Below are positions 21,854 to 33,005 of a stretch of DNA of 64,000 bases, piece by piece. The translations under genes and the position numbers were made by a program. Within the stretch, counting starts at the first letter, position 1, and each line of letters opens with the position of its first letter. Origin of the DNA: Escherichia coli (GTDB lineage Bacteria; Pseudomonadota; Gammaproteobacteria; Enterobacterales; Enterobacteriaceae); assembly GCF_013122565.1 (NCBI RefSeq), contig NZ_CP053258.1; one strand, written 5' to 3'. The notes under the pieces were generated by a model that worked only from the letters and a program-made list of their open reading frames with translations, did not search any database and had not been told where the DNA came from.

Positions 21854-23377
21854 TTGAGTGTGATGGTAAAAATGTTTGACTCTATGCATGTTCGGGTTGC
21901 TGTAAATTTTGCATCAAAGATAACATTTGCTTTGATATCTATAATTACAATCCCAGTTATAAAATCAAAATTAGGAGTAAATGCTTATGGTGTCCTAACA
22001 TTCTTTCTATCAATCCAGGTAGTTATATTACTGCTTGAGGGGGGAATGAGTGCCACAATGGCTAGAGGACTATTGAATAAAAAATATAAGATATACAATA
22101 TAAGTAAAGCAGAGTACCAAAGTGTTTATTTTATCTTTTTTATCTTAGTGTCATTATTTGTATTTTCAATTTTTATTGTCTTTAACCATAATATTTCCAC
22201 ATTGATTTACAACCTTGATGATAGGGAAGTCTATAGTTTTATTAGTGCTGATTATGTTATTTTGCTGGCTGGTGCAATGATTGCCTTGCAGTTTTATATC
22301 ATATATTATGAAGCATTATTTGTGGCTTATGAAAAACAAGTCTCTTATGGAATTCATATAATAGTATTTAATGTAGTCAAAACCATAATATCATTATTCT
22401 TGTTGATTGTTTTTAATCTTGGGTTGGATGTTTATTTTTTAGTTCATGTATTTTGTACCTTTATACTTATTATTTTATTGCACATTAAGGCAATAAAAAA
22501 CGGATTATTAGAAATAACAACATTGCGAGTAAAAAAAATATACACAAAAATATCATTTATGAAAGAAGAATTTCATTTTTCTAAAAATATATTATGCGTG
22601 TCCATTCTTTCTGCAATTGCATTCCAAGCTGACAGACTATTTATTACAAAATATATGGGTATTAGTGCTGTTGGAATGTATGGCATTGCTTATACATTAT
22701 CAACAGTACCAACTTTATTTACATCATCATTGTATAATGTTATCTATCCAAGACTTATTATTTTAACAAGAGAGCAAAGCAGCAGTGCGATTTCATTTTT
22801 TGAATTAGTATCGAAATTAATATATATTATCATAATACCCACTTGTGTGATTATTTCGCTTAATTCGACCCAAATCCTAAATATTTGGATAGGAAAGCAC
22901 GAAGGAATAATATCATTGCTGTTAAGTATTCTAATAATAGCGACGTTATTTCAGGGGTTGCAGGTGATTCCTTTTGCACTACAGATGGCTCAAGAACGAC
23001 TAAAATTTACAGTTTTCATGAATGCTATATTTGTGCCCAGCCTAATATTGGCATATTATTTGGTTAGTATTCATAAAATTCTGTTATACATCTCCATAGT
23101 GTGGTCGGTATATAATATAATAACTTTTTTCTCTTTAACTATTTATTTATATGCTAAAAATAAAATGTATACAAGACTACTTATTTTATATTTTAATATA
23201 TGCTTGTGTGCTGTCGTAACAGTAGTTATATGTAGCATTTTTAAAAATCAAGAATCTCAAATATTCTTGTCTCTAGTTAATATTTCTCTTCAGTTTTTTA
23301 TGTCGATGAGCTTGTGCATAATACTGTTGTTCTGGAAAACTATATATGGAGCATTGAGATGTGTTTGTTGTCGGTAG
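21854..23377 (+). CDS. wzx: O-antigen flippase Wzx (polytopic membrane protein)
   Basis: Very hydrophobic ORF with many predicted TM segments; N-terminal region …ITFALISIITIPVIKSKLGVNAYGVLTFF… resembles Wzx/MOP-family signatures; true start may be an internal Met (track ORF 507 aa). Confidence 0.7.
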   Translation: MSVMVKMFDSMHVRVAVNFASKITFALISIITIPVIKSKLGVNAYGVLTFFLSIQVVILLLEGGMSATMARGLLNKKYKIYNISKAEYQSVYFIFFILVSLFVFSIFIVFNHNISTLIYNLDDREVYSFISADYVILLAGAMIALQFYIIYYEALFVAYEKQVSYGIHIIVFNVVKTIISLFLLIVFNLGLDVYFLVHVFCTFILIILLHIKAIKNGLLEITTLRVKKIYTKISFMKEEFHFSKNILCVSILSAIAFQADRLFITKYMGISAVGMYGIAYTLSTVPTLFTSSLYNVIYPRLIILTREQSSSAISFFELVSKLIYIIIIPTCVIISLNSTQILNIWIGKHEGIISLLLSILIIATLFQGLQVIPFALQMAQERLKFTVFMNAIFVPSLILAYYLVSIHKILLYISIVWSVYNIITFFSLTIYLYAKNKMYTRLLILYFNICLCAVVTVVICSIFKNQESQIFLSLVNISLQFFMSMSLCIILLFWKTIYGALRCVCCR

Positions 23378-24528
23378 TAATTGCGACTCATAATCGCGCG
23401 GGATATGCTAAAAAAAGCATAGAAAGTATTCTTTCAATTGATGTTGAAGAATTTCAACTAATTATTCATGATACAAGCGATAATAATGTACTTGAGGAAT
23501 TTTGCGCTGAAATCCAGGATGCTAGATTAAAATATATCCATTGCAATGAATTATTGTCGATGACAGAAAATTTTAATAGAGCATTAGAATATGTTCAGGG
23601 AGAATATACTATAATGATAGGAGATGATGATACGATTTTATCGACAGCGATAAAATATTGTAGATATGCGAAAGAAAAAAAAATTGATGTAATCTCGCAG
23701 AAGATATCTGCAGAGTATTGTTGGCCGGATTTTAGATCTAAGATCTCAGGGGATTTTAACGCATCGTCTCTGATAGTGAACAAATTTACAAGTAACCAAG
23801 TTACTTATGAGGGGCGTAAACAATACTATGAAGCAGTTAAAAACTGTTTTCAAGGTACTGCAAGCCTCCCCAAGTTATATCATGGTATTGTTAAAACTTC
23901 TTTATTGTTAAAGATAAAAGAAAATACAGGTACTTACTTTCATGGGGTTAGCCCTGATATTTCAATTGCATTGTCGTTAGCGTATAACTGCGAACGATAT
24001 ATTGAAGTGGATTATCCAATTACCCTTCCAGGATCTTCGGGGGGAAGTAACGCAGGTAGAAGTGCAATGCGTACTCATGTTGGTAAATTAGACGACGATC
24101 CACATATGAAAAGATTTAAAAGTTATGTCTGGCCAAACTTATTGCCAAGATATTTCAGTGTAGAGACTGTGTGGGCTCAGGCAGGCTTAGTAACAATCCA
24201 AAAAATAGATAATAATAAAGGATTTAATTTTATTAAGTTCTATGCATTATGTTTGATTAAACATCGACCCTATAAAAAATTTATTATTGATGAGATAAAA
24301 AAATACAAGAAAGTAAAAGGAGGGTTTAATTGTATAATTTATACAAAAATTATTTATCACATGTCTTATTTTTATATTAATGGAATATCAAATCTTTCTA
24401 AAAAAATTATAAAATATGTCTTCAAAAAACTTAAGTCTCAAGAGAAGCAAAAAAATATAAAAGCAAATGATATTTTTGAAGCCAGGATGATAATTGAAAA
24501 GGAATTATCAAAGGAAACATTTGAATGA
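23362..24528 (+). CDS. Glycosyltransferase, GT2 family (O-antigen)
   Basis: Track ORF 23314..24528; GT2 N-terminal signature LLSVVIATHNRAGYAKKSIESI and a DxD-like IGDDD; start chosen at MCLLSVV…, overlapping the wzx 3' end. Confidence 0.75.
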   Translation, partial: CLLSVVIATHNRAGYAKKSIESILSIDVEEFQLIIHDTSDNNVLEEFCAEIQDARLKYIHCNELLSMTENFNRALEYVQGEYTIMIGDDDTILSTAIKYCRYAKEKKIDVISQKISAEYCWPDFRSKISGDFNASSLIVNKFTSNQVTYEGRKQYYEAVKNCFQGTASLPKLYHGIVKTSLLLKIKENTGTYFHGVSPDISIALSLAYNCERYIEVDYPITLPGSSGGSNAGRSAMRTHVGKLDDDPHMKRFKSYVWPNLLPRYFSVETVWAQAGLVTIQKIDNNKGFNFIKFYALCLIKHRPYKKFIIDEIKKYKKVKGGFNCIIYTKIIYHMSYFYINGISNLSKKIIKYVFKKLKSQEKQKNIKANDIFEARMIIEKELSKETFE

Positions 24529-25610
24529 TTATATTTTTTACTTTTCTACTTTTCTACTTTTTTATTTTTCTTTCATTGCTTCCTGTTTTAATTAAAGAGA
24601 GAACTAGAGGGAATGGCAAATATTTTTATTTCTTTGATTTATATATTTACTTAGTATTAGCTAGTCTTATTATTTATATAATTTGTACACGAGATATTTT
24701 TTCTGACTCCGATACAGAACGTTATCTTAGTATATTAGAATATTATAGAATAAATGGCTTTTATCTTTTTGATAAGAACTATATTTTTGCTGTGTATACA
24801 TATTTGTACTCTCTATATATAGATGGTTACTATATGTATATGATAATCCCACTTATTACCCTGCTATATTCATATTGTAAGTTAGTAAAACCACTAAAAT
24901 ATCCTGTTTATAGTTTTTCTTTAGTATTAATAGCAACATTTCCTGTTTTTTGGCAATTGAGCGCAAGCGCATTTAAACAATGCATTGCAATATCTTTTAT
25001 TCTTTTAGCATTAGTGCATATTATACAAACAAAATATAAACAAGCGGTGCTTTTATCTCTTATAGCTAGTTCCTTCCATTTCACAGCATTAACATTTTTT
25101 ATATTTTCGTTGTTTTTCTATATTAGAAAGGAAAGGGTCAGTTTAAATTTATTTTTTTTTATTTGGTTTTTTAGTGTCATTTTTAGCATAAGCGGATTAA
25201 ATTCGTATATTCCTTCAATTATACCTTTTTATGATTTAGTGGGTGAAAGTAAGGTCAATATTTATCTTGAATCAACAAATAATGCAACTGGTTTTCGTGT
25301 TGATTTCTTTTTGTTTTCACTAGCCCCTGTGTTAATTATATTTATTAACAGAACATTAGTAATAAAAGATCGCTATATTAAAATGATTGCATTAAGTTAT
25401 TTATATTTCAATTCTATATATAATATAATGTCATTCATCCCATTTTCAGATAGAGTTGCCGCATATTCATGGTGTCTTTCCCCCATTATTCTATTATGGA
25501 GTGCTCTTAAGTGTAGATCATCAATTTATATGTTAAGTTCTATAGGGATTGCGTTATTAAATCCTTTGATTTTTATGTACTATAATTCATTGTTTATTTT
25601 TTTAAAGTGA
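24525..25610 (+). CDS. wzy: O-antigen polymerase Wzy (polytopic membrane protein)
   Basis: 361 aa, extremely hydrophobic and AT-rich with about 10 predicted TM segments; positioned between GT genes as in typical Wzx/Wzy-dependent clusters. Assignment is by composition and context, since Wzy sequences are poorly conserved. Confidence 0.6.
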   Translation: MIIFFTFLLFYFFIFLSLLPVLIKERTRGNGKYFYFFDLYIYLVLASLIIYIICTRDIFSDSDTERYLSILEYYRINGFYLFDKNYIFAVYTYLYSLYIDGYYMYMIIPLITLLYSYCKLVKPLKYPVYSFSLVLIATFPVFWQLSASAFKQCIAISFILLALVHIIQTKYKQAVLLSLIASSFHFTALTFFIFSLFFYIRKERVSLNLFFFIWFFSVIFSISGLNSYIPSIIPFYDLVGESKVNIYLESTNNATGFRVDFFLFSLAPVLIIFINRTLVIKDRYIKMIALSYLYFNSIYNIMSFIPFSDRVAAYSWCLSPIILLWSALKCRSSIYMLSSIGIALLNPLIFMYYNSLFIFLK

Positions 25611-25616
25611 GTATAT

Positions 25617-26630
25617 ATGTTTAACGGTAAAAAGATTTTAATCACTGGTGGTACTGGGTCATTTGGTAATGCAGTGTTACGTCGGTTTCTTGAGACAGAT
25701 ATTCAAGAGGTTATTATTTTCAGTAGAGATGAAAAAAAACAAGATGAGATGAGAACGCTATATCGCAATGATAAAATGAAATTTATTATAGGTGATATTA
25801 GAGATTATACATCTGTTTTAGCTGCAACTAGTGACGTTGACTATATATTCCATGCTGCGGCTTTAAAACAGGTGCCTTCATGTGAATTTTATCCATGGGA
25901 AGCAGTTAAAACGAATATAATTGGTACAGAAAATTTATTAAATGCTGCAAAACAAAATAAAGTTAAAAAAACAATTTGTTTGAGCACTGATAAAGCTGTG
26001 TATCCAATTAACGCAATGGGAATTTCGAAGGCTATGATGGAAAAAGTGATGACAGCAAAGGCTAGGACGTTCAACAATGAAGATTCAGTTGTTTGCGGAA
26101 CTCGTTATGGCAATGTTATGGCATCACGCGGCTCTGTTATCCCTCTGTTCATTCAGCAGATTCAAACAAATCAACCATTAACTATAACAGACCCTGAAAT
26201 GACTAGATTCATGATGACGTTAGATGATGCTGTAGATCTCGTATTATTTGCATTTAATAACGGGCAAAACGGTGACATTTTTGTTCAGAAAGCGCCTGCC
26301 GCGACAATTGCTGTGCTTGCTAAAGCATTAGTTGAATTGATGGGGGTGCCAAACCATCCTATTAAAGTAGTTGGTTCACGTCATGGGGAAAAGATATATG
26401 AAACCTTACTTAGCCGTGAAGAAATGGCAAAAGCGATTGATCATGGAGATTATTATCAGATTCAACCAGATAATCGTGATCTGAATTATGACAAATATTT
26501 AAGCGAAGGGAGTAAAAAAATTGAGCTGTTTGATGATTACAATTCCCATAATACATATAGACTCAATGTTGATGAAATGAAAAAATTATTGTTAAAACTC
26601 AATATCATTCAAAATGTGTTAAATAGTTAA
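25617..26630 (+). CDS. UDP-N-acetylglucosamine 4,6-dehydratase/5-epimerase (FnlA/WbvB/CapE family)
   Basis: 337 aa starting MFNGKKILITGGTGSFGNAVLRRFLETDI with …YIFHAAALKQVPSCEF… and …CLSTDKAVYPINAMGISKAMMEKV…, closely resembling recalled FnlA/Cap5E sequences. Confidence 0.85.
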   Translation: MFNGKKILITGGTGSFGNAVLRRFLETDIQEVIIFSRDEKKQDEMRTLYRNDKMKFIIGDIRDYTSVLAATSDVDYIFHAAALKQVPSCEFYPWEAVKTNIIGTENLLNAAKQNKVKKTICLSTDKAVYPINAMGISKAMMEKVMTAKARTFNNEDSVVCGTRYGNVMASRGSVIPLFIQQIQTNQPLTITDPEMTRFMMTLDDAVDLVLFAFNNGQNGDIFVQKAPAATIAVLAKALVELMGVPNHPIKVVGSRHGEKIYETLLSREEMAKAIDHGDYYQIQPDNRDLNYDKYLSEGSKKIELFDDYNSHNTYRLNVDEMKKLLLKLNIIQNVLNS

Positions 26631-26642
26631 GGATAATTTATA

Positions 26643-27512
26643 ATGCAAAAAATATTGATCTTAGGTGTGAGTGGTATGCTTGGGCATACCCTCTTTCGTT
26701 TTTTATCATCTCAGCAGGATCTTTTAGTAACTGGTACAGTACGCCATATTACGCAAGAAATAAAATTAGTATCATCTAAGAATATAGTCCTGATGAGAGA
26801 TGTCTTTAACAAAGAAAAATTAGAAAACATTATAAATTCGAATGATGTTATTATAAATTGCATTGGCGCAATTAAGCAGAAATATGATAATAAAAATACA
26901 GATTATATTCTGTTAAATTCGTACTTTCCACATCTTCTTAATGAAATTTGTATAGAATCTAATAAAAGGCTAATTCATTTCTCAACAGATTGTATTTTTA
27001 ACGGTGAGAAAGGAAATTATGATGATGGTAGTTTATCAAATGTTATAGATATGTATGGTAAATCTAAATATTTAGGTGAGGTTTATGGTGATAAAACACT
27101 TACTTTAAGGACATCATTAATTGGGCATGAATTAAAATCATCGTATAGTTTGATTGATTGGTTTTTGAACTCAAACTCAACTGTCAATGGTTATACAAAA
27201 GCTATTTTCAGTGGATTGCCAACCATAGAAATTGCGCATTTTTTATATGAGCATGTTTTACAATCCCAGTTGCATGGTATTTATAATTTATCAGCAGCAC
27301 CAATTTCAAAATTCGATTTATTGACTTTAGTCAATGAAGTATACAAACTTAATAAAACCATCGTTCCTAAAAGTGACTTTGTGATTGATCGTTCTCTTGA
27401 CTCTCATAGGTTGCGTTCATTAACTAAGTATACACCTCCTGACTGGAATACTCTTGTTGTAAAGATGTATTTAGATTACTTAAGTTTAGGGGCATTGCTT
27501 AATGAAAGATAA
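26643..27512 (+). CDS. RmlD-like NAD(P)-dependent sugar-nucleotide 4-reductase (WbvR/QnlB-like)
   Basis: 289 aa starting MQKILILGVSGMLGHTLFRFL (Rossmann GxxGxxG) with YGKSK catalytic dyad; length and family fit dTDP-4-dehydrorhamnose reductase-like enzymes that follow FnlA-type dehydratases in L-QuiNAc/L-RhaNAc pathways. Confidence 0.7.
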   Translation: MQKILILGVSGMLGHTLFRFLSSQQDLLVTGTVRHITQEIKLVSSKNIVLMRDVFNKEKLENIINSNDVIINCIGAIKQKYDNKNTDYILLNSYFPHLLNEICIESNKRLIHFSTDCIFNGEKGNYDDGSLSNVIDMYGKSKYLGEVYGDKTLTLRTSLIGHELKSSYSLIDWFLNSNSTVNGYTKAIFSGLPTIEIAHFLYEHVLQSQLHGIYNLSAAPISKFDLLTLVNEVYKLNKTIVPKSDFVIDRSLDSHRLRSLTKYTPPDWNTLVVKMYLDYLSLGALLNER

Positions 27513-27969
27513 CTTATCTTTTTCTAAACTGATTTCTGAAGCTGAGATTAACTCCAGAAATCGTTCTCATCTTAATTTGCATGAATCTTTTTCTGATCCT
27601 ATACAGAAAACTTTGATTTGCTGTTGTTCGAACACGTATATTCCTCCTCACTATCATAAATTTGCCCATCAAAGTGAATTGTTTATTAGATTAAAAGGAT
27701 GTTTTAGTCTATTAATTTTTTCTGTTGATGGAGTGCTTACCCGTCGTATAACTATAGATGAGGAAAATCCTCTTTATGAGATAAAACCAGGTGTTATTCA
27801 TACGGTGGTAGCTTTAGACAGACATAACATTTTACTTGAAATTAAGAGGGGACCGTATGTCGAATCTGAAGCGAAAAATTTTCCTGATTGGGTAACATTA
27901 GAAAATAGCGATAATCAACTTGATTTAGAGCGATTGCGAACATTGAAGGTCGGTGATAAGTTATCATAA
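27502..27969 (+). CDS. WbuC-like cupin-fold protein of unknown function
   Basis: 155 aa; start overlaps the reductase stop; His-rich motif (…YIPPHYHKFAHQSE…) consistent with a cupin metal site; recalled co-occurrence of WbuC-family cupins with fnl-type genes in O-antigen clusters. Confidence 0.5.
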   Translation: MKDNLSFSKLISEAEINSRNRSHLNLHESFSDPIQKTLICCCSNTYIPPHYHKFAHQSELFIRLKGCFSLLIFSVDGVLTRRITIDEENPLYEIKPGVIHTVVALDRHNILLEIKRGPYVESEAKNFPDWVTLENSDNQLDLERLRTLKVGDKLS

Positions 27970-28003
27970 CAAGGCTATTATAAATTTATTTTAGGTGATA
28001 TCT

Positions 28004-28801
28004 ATGCTTCCATTAATATCTATTATTACACCGACATATAATAGAGCATATACTCTAGATCGGTTATATAATTCTTTAGTAACACAAGACTCTGAAAAAT
28101 TCGAATGGATAATAATCGACGATGGTAGTGCAGATGAAACACGGAAGAAATGTTTAGGTTATATAAATGATTCCATTTTTAAAATACAATATTACAAACA
28201 AGATAATAGTGGTAAACCCGCAGCTATCAATTTAGGAGTAACCAAAGCTGTTGGCGATTATATTTTTATTGTAGATAGTGATGATGCTTTAACATTAAAT
28301 GCAATTGGTACTATTTATGACTGTATTGTAAAATACACAGTCGCATCTGACTTTGAATTTTCCGGCTTAGGATTTAGAAAATCTTTTTTTGATGGGAAAA
28401 TGCTCGGCAAACATATTGAGCGGAATACGAATTCACCTATGCTGTTACATAGCACAGATTGTAATAATTTATTTAAAGTCGATTTAGCATATTGTTTTAA
28501 ACGAGAATTGATGATTAAATATCCTTTCCCAAAGTTTAAAGATGAAAAATTTGTTCCAGAACTGTTTATATGGAATAAAATTACAGATGTTGCCAAAGTA
28601 ATATTTTTTCCTAATGTTGTTGTATATTATTGTGAGTATCTGGCTGATGGACTTACAAATAATTTTAAAAAACAACTTCGACATAATCCAATTGGCTTTG
28701 CAGTATACTATAAAGATCAGTTCCATAGAGAACATTCTATATGGGGGAAAATAAAAATGGCAATAAGATATATCCAATGTATTATATATAAATTCATATA
28801 G
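28004..28801 (+). CDS. Glycosyltransferase, GT2 family (O-antigen)
   Basis: Track ORF from a GTG at 27995; ATG at 28004 preceded by aggtga; GT2 signature ISIITPTYNRAYTLDRLYNSL and DxD (IIDDGSADE, VDSDD). Confidence 0.75.
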   Translation: MLPLISIITPTYNRAYTLDRLYNSLVTQDSEKFEWIIIDDGSADETRKKCLGYINDSIFKIQYYKQDNSGKPAAINLGVTKAVGDYIFIVDSDDALTLNAIGTIYDCIVKYTVASDFEFSGLGFRKSFFDGKMLGKHIERNTNSPMLLHSTDCNNLFKVDLAYCFKRELMIKYPFPKFKDEKFVPELFIWNKITDVAKVIFFPNVVVYYCEYLADGLTNNFKKQLRHNPIGFAVYYKDQFHREHSIWGKIKMAIRYIQCIIYKFI

Positions 28802-28848
28802 TCATGCAGGGTTCATCCATTCATTTAATTAGTTGCTATGATTTTTAT

Positions 28849-29922
28849 ATGAAAATATTACATGTTGTACCACAGTTAAAGCATGGTGGTGTCGAAACTG
28901 CTGTTTTTAATTCTATTGAAAGGATAAGAAAGAGTGGATATGATTTTAATGTTTTGACTATTGAAAGAGGAAACTGCTTTAACAATTCATATGTAAAAGT
29001 AGAACACTGCTTAAATTCTTCTGTATACAATCCAGTTTGTTTTTATAAATTTATTAGATTTATTCATAAAGAAAAACCTGATTTGATAGTTTATTCTTTA
29101 TGGAAATCTGCATTGTTAGGAATTGCATTGTGTCTTTTAAAACCTTTTCTCAAAAGTAAGCCTAAAACCGCGTTAATTATACATAATACTAGGTTTGCAC
29201 ATTTTGTTGATTACATAATAACAAAACTTTCACTTAAAATAACCGACTCTATATATTTTGATTCGGAAAAATCAAAAGCTTACTTTCTGAATAGAGATTA
29301 TGCAACAGGCGAGGTTATTAGTTTTATCGATAAAAAGATGGTGGCAAAAAAATTTAATAATATCAATGGTGAGATTAAGTTTGTATTTATTGGTAGGTTG
29401 CACTCTCAAAAAGGGGTTGATAGGGCATTAAAATATATACATCTTTTTAAAAAGCAACATGAAGAAATACGATTTGATATATATGGTCCAGACGAAGGAG
29501 AATTGAATAATATTATAAATAAGATAAATAAATTAGGATTGCAGGATAAAGTTGTCTATAAAGGTGTTGTCGATAATAACAAAGTTAATGATATATTAAC
29601 CCAATATGACTTTTATCTTCAATTCAGCCATTTTGAAGGAATGGCAATGTCTGTTGTTGATGCGATGCAGGTTGGGGTTATTCCAATCGTTAATAATGTT
29701 GGTGAGATACCAAATTACGTAAAAAACAATATTAACGGCATTATCTTAGATGATAAAAAGCTTGGTGATGAAAACTATCTTAATTTAAATGTATCATGCT
29801 TATTAAATATCATAAAGAATGATGGTGGGTATTTTTTATATAATAACGCGATAAAGACATTTCAGGATAATAATACTTATGTAGATGACTATATAAAGAA
29901 AATAATAAATGCTAACAACTGA
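28849..29922 (+). CDS. Glycosyltransferase, GT4 family (O-antigen)
   Basis: Track ORF 28804..29922; start chosen at MKILHVVPQLKHGGVETAV; C-terminal …FSHFEGMAMSVVDAMQVGVIPIV… is GT4-like; last gene before gnd. Confidence 0.75.
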   Translation: MKILHVVPQLKHGGVETAVFNSIERIRKSGYDFNVLTIERGNCFNNSYVKVEHCLNSSVYNPVCFYKFIRFIHKEKPDLIVYSLWKSALLGIALCLLKPFLKSKPKTALIIHNTRFAHFVDYIITKLSLKITDSIYFDSEKSKAYFLNRDYATGEVISFIDKKMVAKKFNNINGEIKFVFIGRLHSQKGVDRALKYIHLFKKQHEEIRFDIYGPDEGELNNIINKINKLGLQDKVVYKGVVDNNKVNDILTQYDFYLQFSHFEGMAMSVVDAMQVGVIPIVNNVGEIPNYVKNNINGIILDDKKLGDENYLNLNVSCLLNIIKNDGGYFLYNNAIKTFQDNNTYVDDYIKKIINANN

Positions 29923-30041
29923 TATCATGTGTTAAAATTGATTATTTAAAATGGTTTATATAGCTCCTACTAAATAATTTGGCTTTTTCGTAATGGCTGT
30001 GTAGCCGCAATCTCGCAGTAACCCCCTGACAGGAGTAAACA

Positions 30042-31448
30042 ATGTCAAAGCAACAGATCGGCGTCGTCGGTATGGCAGTGATGGGACGCAACCTTGCGCT
30101 CAACATCGAAAGCCGTGGTTATACCGTCTCTATTTTCAACCGTTCCCGTGAAAAGACGGAAGAAGTGATTGCCGAAAATCCAGGCAAAAAACTGGTTCCT
30201 TACTATACGGTGAAAGAGTTCGTTGAATCTCTTGAAACGCCTCGTCGCATCCTGTTAATGGTGAAAGCAGGTGCAGGCACGGATGCTGCTATTGATTCCC
30301 TCAAACCATATCTCGATAAAGGTGACATCATCATTGATGGTGGTAACACCTTCTTCCAGGACACTATTCGTCGTAATCGTGAGCTTTCAGCAGAGGGCTT
30401 TAACTTCATCGGTACCGGTGTTTCCGGCGGTGAAGAGGGGGCGCTGAAAGGGCCTTCCATTATGCCTGGTGGGCAGAAAGAAGCCTATGAACTGGTTGCT
30501 CCGATCCTGACCAAAATCGCCGCCGTTGCTGAAGATGGCGAACCGTGCGTTACCTATATTGGTGCCGATGGCGCGGGTCACTATGTGAAGATGGTTCACA
30601 ACGGTATTGAATACGGTGATATGCAACTGATTGCTGAAGCCTATTCTCTGCTTAAAGGTGGCCTTAATCTTTCCAACGAAGAACTGGCGCAGACGCTTAC
30701 CGAGTGGAATAACGGTGAACTGAGCAGCTACCTGATCGACATCACCAAAGACATCTTCACTAAAAAAGATGAAGACGGTAACTACCTGGTTGATGTGATC
30801 CTGGATGAAGCGGCTAACAAAGGTACCGGTAAATGGACCAGCCAGAGCGCGCTTGATCTCGGCGAACCGCTGTCGCTGATTACCGAGTCTGTGTTTGCAC
30901 GTTATATCTCTTCTCTGAAAGAGCAGCGTGTTGCCGCATCTAAAGTTCTCTCTGGCCCGCAAGCGCAGCCAGCTGGCGACAAAGGTGAGTTCATCGAAAA
31001 AGTTCGTCGTGCTCTGTATCTGGGCAAAATCGTTTCTTACGCTCAGGGCTTCTCTCAGCTGCGTGCGGCGTCTGAAGAGTACAACTGGGATCTGAATTAC
31101 GGCGAAATCGCGAAGATTTTCCGTGCTGGCTGCATCATCCGTGCGCAGTTCTTGCAGAAAATCACCGATGCTTATGCCGAAAATCCGCAGATCGCTAACC
31201 TGCTGCTGGCTCCGTACTTCAAGCAAATTGCCGATGACTACCAGCAGGCGCTGCGTGATGTCGTTGCTTATGCAGTACAGAACGGTATCCCGGTTCCGAC
31301 CTTCGCTGCTGCGGTTGCCTATTACGATAGCTACCGTGCCGCTGTTCTGCCTGCGAACCTGATCCAGGCACAGCGTGACTATTTCGGTGCGCATACTTAT
31401 AAGCGCATTGATAAAGAAGGTGTGTTCCATACTGAATGGCTGGATTAA
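30042..31448 (+). CDS. gnd: 6-phosphogluconate dehydrogenase, decarboxylating
   Basis: 468 aa starting [30 protein letters not shown]; canonical right flank of the O-antigen locus. Confidence 0.97.
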   Translation: MSKQQIGVVGMAVMGRNLALNIESRGYTVSIFNRSREKTEEVIAENPGKKLVPYYTVKEFVESLETPRRILLMVKAGAGTDAAIDSLKPYLDKGDIIIDGGNTFFQDTIRRNRELSAEGFNFIGTGVSGGEEGALKGPSIMPGGQKEAYELVAPILTKIAAVAEDGEPCVTYIGADGAGHYVKMVHNGIEYGDMQLIAEAYSLLKGGLNLSNEELAQTLTEWNNGELSSYLIDITKDIFTKKDEDGNYLVDVILDEAANKGTGKWTSQSALDLGEPLSLITESVFARYISSLKEQRVAASKVLSGPQAQPAGDKGEFIEKVRRALYLGKIVSYAQGFSQLRAASEEYNWDLNYGEIAKIFRAGCIIRAQFLQKITDAYAENPQIANLLLAPYFKQIADDYQQALRDVVAYAVQNGIPVPTFAAAVAYYDSYRAAVLPANLIQAQRDYFGAHTYKRIDKEGVFHTEWLD

Positions 31449-31476
31449 TCTGATTTAACCAACAATAAAATTGAGG

Positions 31477-31507
31477 CCCGGCGTATATTGCACCGGGCTT
31501 TTTTTTG
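31477..31507 (+). terminator. Rho-independent terminator downstream of gnd
   Basis: Direct reading: gcccgg-loop-ccgggc stem followed by a T8 run (ggcccggcgtatattgcaccgggcttttttttg). Confidence 0.6.
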
Positions 31508-31687
31508 CCAATTATCTTATAGACTAAATTTCACTGCTTAATATTAACTTAATAAATATCAGCTATTCTTATAAAGAAAATCTGAATTGTTTTTCGTTGC
31601 GTTGACCATCGAACAACGTAGCGTTAAAACTTTTAGCTCTTATCAGGATGCTAAAAACATCATGATTCACAGTTAAGTTAATTCTGA

Positions 31688-32863
<1,176 letters not shown>

Positions 32864-32872
32864 CATCTTGTT

Positions 32873-32906
32873 ATCAGGGCTATTTACGCCCTGATTGTCT
32901 TTTGTT
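32873..32906 (+). terminator. Probable rho-independent terminator downstream of ugd
   Basis: atcagggc-tattta-gccctgat stem-loop followed by a T-rich tract (ttgtcttttgtt). Confidence 0.45.
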
Positions 32907-33005
32907 ACTTACGCAACAATTCATTATTTTTATCACTTATCCTATAGCATTCACGAGGATTATCGCTAAACTATGCGGACTTGGAAATTTCCGTCAGTTA
33001 GGGTA

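Noticed and set aside
30387-31430. 347-aa ORF on the minus strand
   Set aside because: Antisense within gnd, one of the most conserved genes in the window; shadow ORF.
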